From Felis catus (lineage: Eukaryota): DNA of 64,000 nt. Under the pieces are notes generated by a model that was not told where the DNA came from, did not search any database, and saw only the letters and a program-made list of their open reading frames with translations. This document shows positions 50,535 to 64,000 of the stretch, piece after piece. The stretch lies in the NCBI RefSeq assembly GCF_018350175.1, contig NC_058377.1, positions 110,050,001 to 110,114,000 of the forward strand. Direction: 5' to 3'. Positions within the stretch are counted from its first letter, which is position 1. The number at the start of each line of letters is the position of its first letter. The position numbers were made by a program, and so were the translations under genes.

Positions 50535-53500
50535 TCCCAAGAAGGCTCAGCTCTATCAGTGCAGAGATCCATGCGGGGCTGAGTCCATGTGGAACTCATG
50601 AACTGCGAGACCACGACCTGAGGAAAAATCAAGAATCGGAGGCTTAACCGGCTGAGCCACCCAGGCGCCCCTGGCCCGATAGTTTTACTAAGTGTCACAA
50701 TAAGATAGTTCACGGAATCTGGAGCCAGACCACTGGAATACTGGGCTTCTTACCAGTGTTGGGATTTGGAGGGCCAGGACTAGTGTAAAAAAATTAAGTG
50801 GATACCAAAAGATCCGGTAAGCAAGGTCAATAATACTTCAATGCATTGTTTTTCAAAGTCAGATTTAAGGCAAAAACACACGATGAACAAAATATCAACA
50901 ATTTAAATAAAGATACAAATTGACTCTGCACGGCTCACATCCTTCACCTCACCCTCATCCAGCCGTGAGCAAGTTACATAAATTCTCTGTGCCTTCGTTT
51001 CCTCATTTGTCAGATGGAGGTAACAATAGTATTTCCTTCATAGCATTCATTTAGCATTAAATGACTTCCTGCACAGTAACGGGCACGGCACATATGAGCA
51101 CTCGATCAATGGTAGGTTTCACAATTTATATTAAGATCCTTAAGGCCACAGATTCTGTCTCTGGATGTGGTGCAAGAAGGGATCCAGATGTGTTTCAACG
51201 TAGAGTGAGCCAGTTTTCCCAGCATCGCCGACCAATCAGTTCTTTCTCCCTCGGAACTGTGGTCCCACTTTTATCATACAAGTATGCGGTTGTTAGCACA
51301 CATACGTATTTTAAGCTCTCCTTTGGTTCCTTTTGGGGCGCCTGGGTGGCGCAGTCGGTTAAGCGTCCGACTTCAGCCAGGTCACGATCTCGCAGTCGGG
51401 GAGTTCGAGCCCTGCATCGGGCTCTGGGCTGATGGCTCAGAGCCTGGAGCCTGTTTCCGATTCTGTGTCTCCCCCTCTCTCTCTGCCCCTCCCCCGTTCA
51501 TGCTCTGTCTCTCTCTGTCCCCAAAATAAATAGACGTTGAAAAAAAAAAAAAAAAAGAGTGGGACGCTTAACTGACCGAGCCACCCAGGCGCCCCATTCG
51601 GCGTGGTTTAATAGGACAGGGCAAGCCCCGCCCCCTCCCACCTTTGGTCATCTTTTGCAAACTTGACCTAACTTTTTATGAACCTTTATTCTTCTAGAGA
51701 AATATTGTAAAAGTGTTTTCCAAGTTCTTCAGAAACCCTCTTAATTTTCACTGGGATTTCAATGAAATTTCTAGATTGATGTCAGGAGAAATCACAGCTT
51801 CAAATGTTAAGCTCTTCTATGGGGCGCCTGGGTGGCGCAGTCACGCCAAGCGTCCGACTTCAGCCAGGTCACGATCTCGCGGTCTGTGAGTTCGAGCCCC
51901 GCATCAGGCTCTGGGCTGATGGCTCGGAGCTTGGAGCCTGTTTCCGATTCTGTGTCTCCCTCTCTCTCTGCCCCTCCCCCGTTCATGCTCTGTCTCTCTC
52001 TGTCCCAAAAATAAATAAAAACGTTGAAAAAAAAAATGTTAAGCTCTACTAATCATTAAAAAAATATGTCACTTCAGTTATTCGTGTCTTCTTTTATGTC
52101 CTTAAATTTTTTCGCTCCGCAAAGTTCAAGGCTGTGTTTTTATTTCCGAAATGCTTTCTGACTTTTATTGCTCTCGTGAGTGGCATCTTATGTTCATGTT
52201 TTAGTGAGTTATTGTTGGTTTGAAGAGTGTTGTTAACTTTTGGTAGCTTTATTTTATATCCCTGCAACACTGAAGAATTCTCTAATTTGTAAAAAAAAGT
52301 CTGCCCATAAATCCTGTTGGATTTTCTATGTAGATAGAATCACTCTCACAATTTCTTTTTCTTGGTTTATTGCTTTGGCCAGGACTTCTTTTTTTTTTAA
52401 TTAAAAAAATTTTTTTTAACATTTATTTATTTTTGAGAGACAGGGAGAGGCAGAGTATGAGCAGGGGAGGGGCAGAGAGAGAGGGAGACACAGAATTCAA
52501 AGCAGGCTGCAGGCTCCGGGCTGGCAGCACAGAGCCTGAGGCGGCCCGAACTCACAAACCACGAGATCGTGACCTGAGCGGAAGTTGGGCGCTTAACTGA
52601 CTGAGCCGCCCAGGCGCCCCTGGCCAGGACTTCTAATACTATGCTGAACAGTATTGTTGGTAGAGAGCATTCCTTGCCTTGTTCCTGATATTGAAAGGAA
52701 TGTGGGGCTAAATGGGTGATGGGTATGAAAGAAGGCACTTGTTATGATGGGCACTGGGTGTGAATCCCTAAATGCTACCCCTGAAACCAGTATTACACTG
52801 TAAGTTAACTAGAATTTAAATAAAAATTTGAAACAAACAAAAAAGGAAATGTGAATACTTATTCCATCATACTTAATCACATATGGCTTTTTATCATTCT
52901 GAGAAAGCTCCTCTTTTTTCCTAACTGTAAGTTTTTATCATGAATAGTCACAGAACTTCATCAAATGCCTTTCCTGAATATTTTGAGATAGCCCTATGAG
53001 TTTTCTCCTTCAGGTCACTGATGTGATGAATTGCAATGATAGATACTTCTAATGTTAAACCATTCCTTTGTCACCGGAGTGAGCTGTACTTGATCTTGAT
53101 GCTTCTAATTTTTTTTTCTGAAAAAAACTAATTTTTAATTGTGAGGAAATACACATAACATAAAACTTGCTATTTTAAACTTTTGTTTTGTTTTGTTTTA
53201 GAGACAGAGAGAGTGCGCACACAAGCGGGAGCGGAGCGGGGAGGGAGAGGGAGAATGAGAACCTTAAGAATCTTAAGTAGGCTCCAGGCCCAGTGATGAG
53301 CCTGACTTGGGGCTGGATCACAGGGCTTGTGAGATCACGAACTGAGCTGAAATCAAGAGTCCAGAGCTTAACAGACTGAGCCATCCAGGCGCTCCTATCT
53401 GAAACATTCTTAAATGCACAGTTAAGTAGTGTTAAGTATACTCACACTGTTATACGACCAATCTCTAGGACTTTTGCATAATGTGAAACAAGTTCTATAT

Positions 53501-53765
53501 TCATAAAACAACAATTCTCCATTTTCCCTTCCCCCAGCCAACCACTGTTCGACTTTGTCTGAATTTTTTTTAAGTTTATTTATTTATTTTGAGAGAGAGA
53601 GGGAGCAGGCAAGGGGCAGAAAGAGAGAGAGCGAGAATCCCAAGCAGGCTCCACACTGTCAGCACAGAGCCTGATGTGGCGCTTGAACTCAGGAGCCATG
53701 AGATCACGACCTGAGCGGAAACCAGGAATCCGAGGCTTAACCGACTGAGCCACGCAGACGCACCC
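50020..53765. mobile_element. Further CAN SINEs: ~50020-50207(+), 50430-50671(-), 51335-51556(+), 51821-52036(+), 52390-52620(-), 53180-53395(-), 53565-53765(-)
   Basis: Recognisable heads and tails; TSDs aaatgttaagctct and tggccaggacttct (52376/52621). Confidence 0.88.
52705..52843 (+). mobile_element. 5'-truncated carnivore L1 3' end
   Basis: 'gggtgatgggtatgaaagaaggcacttg..ctgaaaccagtattacactg..aataaa' plus A tail; flanked by near-TSD aaagga(a)atgtg. Confidence 0.7.
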
Positions 53766-54829
53766 CCCCCCCCCCCGCCCCTAACTTGTCTTTTTGAGAA
53801 TGACTTTCACTTAGCACATTGATGCCTTTTTATATACACTAGTGGATTCAATTAGCCTAATATCTCAATTAGTCTTTTCCACATCTACGCTTATCAGTAA
53901 AAATACTTTCCTTGTCTTGTGGTATGCTTACCTGGTTCAGGAACAATCAAGGTTAAACTCACCTCATAAAATACATTGGTCAGCTTTCCCACTTTTTCTA
54001 TTTTCTGTAACAATGTGTATACAATACAGACTACTTGTCGCTTCAAAATTTGGCAGAACTTGCCTATAAAACTTCCTGTGTTGGTAAAACGCAAAAACCA
54101 AGCAAACAAAGCACATTTCCTTTTCCCCTTTGAGGTCCCAACTCTCTAGGGGGACTTGTTGTGGGAAATGAATCACAGTAAATATCTGAAGCCTTTAGCA
54201 CCTGGGTCAGAAGGGAGGGACAATAATCCTTCCCAGTTAGGAGGATACGATGAAGGCCCGGCTCAGGCCTCAAGACAGTCCCCTTACTGGGTTACCTTGA
54301 CATTGGGAGAAGACTCCTACCGCTATTGTTCACGGCTAGTTTCCAGAGGCCGAGGGAAACCTTGTTTTAGCCCACAAAGTATCTCACTTCCCTCAGTTAT
54401 GTATTTCCTAATATTTAATGTGCACCTACTGTGTGCTTGTCACTGTGGATTCAGTGGACCACACACTACTCCCGAGCCCACAAGGGGCTCTCACAGTCTC
54501 TTGGGAGTTTACTGTACTCCCAGGAATACTGAAGCCCTTCCTCCCCTCCCTCTTACTCCTCGTTTTATTTTTTATTTTTCATTTATCTATTTTTAAAGAG
54601 AATAATCCAGGACGCAAAAGTCACCATTGTGCTAGAGATGCAAAAAGAAAAGGCCTGAAAAGAATACACAATAATAGTAGTTTTAGGGAGTGGCGTTACG
54701 GATGGGGGTCCTCCCATTCTCCGAGCCCTGTAATGTCGTTCAACTACTACAACTTTAAACGGGCTGGCGGGGGGCCAGGCACACAACCACTCGCGAGGGC
54801 CGGTCCAAAGCCACACAAGGACGCAACTG

Positions 54830-61635
<6,806 letters not shown>

Positions 61636-62332
61636 TGGGGCTCTGCCGGCCCTGCCTGCCCTGCGTTGCCCCCTGCTGCTGCCGCCAGCGCCCCTGCCCC
61701 CGCTCCGTCATGCTTCTCTGTATATAAAGGCCGTATTTATCTCTCCCTGGTCCTGCCGGGCTGATTCCATTGCGAGAGAGGATTTCCTGGTACTCGGGTG
61801 GTCTTGGGAGGCAAAGGATCGGGGTCCTTCCTCTCTGGGCCTCAGTGTCCCCAACAGAGATAAGGAGGATGGTCTCTGTCACAAAGGAAGTGTGTTTTGC
61901 TGGCCACGTGCCAGCTGAGGTTCCTGGGAGCCTTGTCTTCAGGGGGAGACAGAGGCACAGCCAGGGGGCTCCGAGTGAGAAGGTCCCCCAGTGCAGCTCT
62001 CCCCTTCAGCCTCTGGTCCCGTGGCCTCACGGCTCCCACTTCGGGAGGCAGAGGATTCAGTCGGAAGCCGAGTCTGGGCCCCTGCGAACTGAAAGGCCGG
62101 CCCAGGTCTGGAGGGCTGGATGAGGTGGGAGGACAGGAGGCCTCAGGTAGGGAGGACACAGCCCTCCATGAGACCTCCGAGGCCCAGTCCCCCATCCTGG
62201 CCTCGCCTCTAACCTGTGTGACCCTAGTCACATCCCGGCCCCTCTGCCCTTCAGTGTCCCCATCAAACTGGAAACTGGGCTCGGTTGCCCTGTGGTACCA
62301 GACAGGTGGGCAGTCAGGTGGGATGCAGGTGG

Positions 62333-62338
62333 TTTATT
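62333..62338 (-). terminator. PITPNM1 polyadenylation signal AATAAA
   Basis: tttatt on the + strand, about 240 nt beyond the stop codon. Confidence 0.65.
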
Positions 62339-62574
62339 TTCATGGATTCACACACACTGGAAAAGCCTCTGGGCCGCATCCTCCTCCCCCCCCCCCGCCC
62401 CCCACCGAGGCTGGGTGCCTCCCCCGTGAAAGGGAAGTAACACCGAGGGGCAGACAAAGATGTAGGGTGTGGGGTTGGGGGGCCAGAGGTCTGGGCCCCC
62501 AGCCTCCCCACCGTGTGCCATTCGGGCCCCTCGAGTGCATGAATAAATAACTCCGGGCCACCACGGTCCGGGCC

Positions 62575-64000
62575 TCACTCTTCGCTGTCCAACTTGAGGC
62601 TGATGCTTCGGGGCTTGCCTCGGGCCAGGGTGGTGGGCGGTGTCCCCGGGCTCTCCCGCTCCACCTGACTGGGCCCCCTGGAGCGAAGCAGCTGGCTCTG
62701 CTTGCGGAGGAAGTCCACGGGGGCGGCCCCAGCATAGCTGCTCTTGGCCAGGGCGGCTCTGGAGGGCCCCGTGGGGGCGTGAGGGTGGGAGCCCGCCTCC
62801 AGTTGGCCCAGGTGGGCCACGTAGCCGTCTGACAGGAACTGTGGGCAGAGACGGGTAGGGCTGAGGGCACTGCTGGTCTCAGGCCCACACGCAGCCTCAC
62901 CTGTCCCCGTCCCCCAGGCTCGTGGGCAGTGCTGGCAGCATTACGGACCCGGCACAGCCTGACCCGGTGTCTTCTCTCAGCAGATAGGAACCCCAGACCG
63001 GGAGCCAGAGCACCCTGGCTTTCCTCCTATCTCTGCCCCTCTCGGGGCTTCAGTTTCCTGGGATCTTGGTGGGAAGTAACAGCGGCTGACAGTAAGCACC
63101 TACTCTGCTCCCACCCCCGTAGGCATTAAGTGGTGTTCGTGAAAACTGTGGGAGTTGGTGCCATTTCATCACTTCCGTTCTACAGACAGGAAATTGAGGC
63201 TCAGGAAGCTCAAGGTCCATGGCCAGGGCCATGCGGGGGTGGATACGAACATTCAAGGTCTTGAGCACACTTCCGCCTGTTACCTATCCCTGCCCAGCAG
63301 CTTCGAGCTGTTCATGACTCCTGCCCTAGGAGGAGCCCAGTCCCCTGAGGCCAGCTGGCCTTTTTGGAGCCGCCCCCGTCAGGTGCTTCTTCACAGAGGT
63401 GGTCTTCGTGGCCTCACACCCAGGCTCCTGCTCCCCGGCCAGCCCCCAATCCCGGCCTGCGCTTGGCTCTCACCTGGCACTGAGCCTGCAGCTTCCGCAC
63501 CGCACGGCCCACGATGTAGGTCTGGCTCGGGGGCAGGCCCAGGGCCGCGTATACGGCCACGTCTTTGGGGGACCCATAGCCGGCCACGATGTTCAGTTCT
63601 ACCTGTGGCAGGAGAAGCCAGTCAGCCACCCTAGGGCCGCGAGACTGGGGCGCTCGGCTGGGCATCCAGGGTCTGATTGCTTCGGGGAGGGTCTAGCCGG
63701 ACGGAGGCGGGGCCACGGGGGTCCTAGGTCGCCAGGCCCCGACACTAGCCGGAGTTAGTCCAGAGGACTAGGGGCCTCTCGGACCACGAGGGGGCCGGGC
63801 CCTCGGGGCCCCTCTTGCCAGTTAGGGTCCCGGGCCCGTGGGGGTGGGATCAGATGGGCCTGCACAAGTCCTACAGCCCCAGGCGGGGACAGGGGCGGGG
63901 GCGGGGGCCAGGCGCACCTCCTGCACCAGGCTCTGCAGAAACATCGCCTTCTGGCGCAGCGGGTCGTGGGTGAGGCCATCGCAGAAGGAGACGACGCCGT
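62575..64000 (-). CDS. PITPNM1: Membrane-associated phosphatidylinositol transfer protein 1 (Nir2), last three coding exons; 5' part lies outside the window
   Basis: Exons >64000-63918, 63602-63474, 62838-62575. LNS2-domain peptides FCDGLTHDPLRQKAMFLQ and AGYGSPKDVAVY; C-terminal SISLKLDSEE*. Confidence 0.93.

Overview
Mammalian genomic DNA, almost certainly from a felid (abundant young SINEC_Fc-type CAN SINEs). Gene order matches human 11q13.2: CARNS1(+), RPS6KB2(+), PTPRCAP(-), CORO1B(-), GPR152(-), CABP4(+), TMEM134(-), AIP(+) and the 3' end of PITPNM1(-). I traced all exons by hand. All phases close and give intact ORFs: CARNS1 951/827 aa, S6K2 481, PTPRCAP 208, CORO1B 488, GPR152 489, CABP4 274, TMEM134 195, AIP 330. 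The intergenic blocks 34.7-38.8 kb and 45.3-54.1 kb are layered old L1, hAT and probable ERV remnants, riddled with SINEs. There is no CRISPR, rRNA or genuine tRNA, and I cannot honestly claim a wholly new biological system. The most promising leads are four. (1) A SINE that appears to have inserted at, and duplicated, the RPS6KB2 exon-10 splice donor, bringing two sense AATAAA signals (possible truncated S6K2). (2) A phase-compatible CORO1B-PTPRCAP read-through fusion. (3) A degenerate ERV pol/env/PPT relic between TMEM134 and AIP. (4) A tightly spaced inverted pair of young SINEs. Comparisons to human orthologues and repeat consensuses are from memory and need alignment to confirm; repeat boundaries are approximate.
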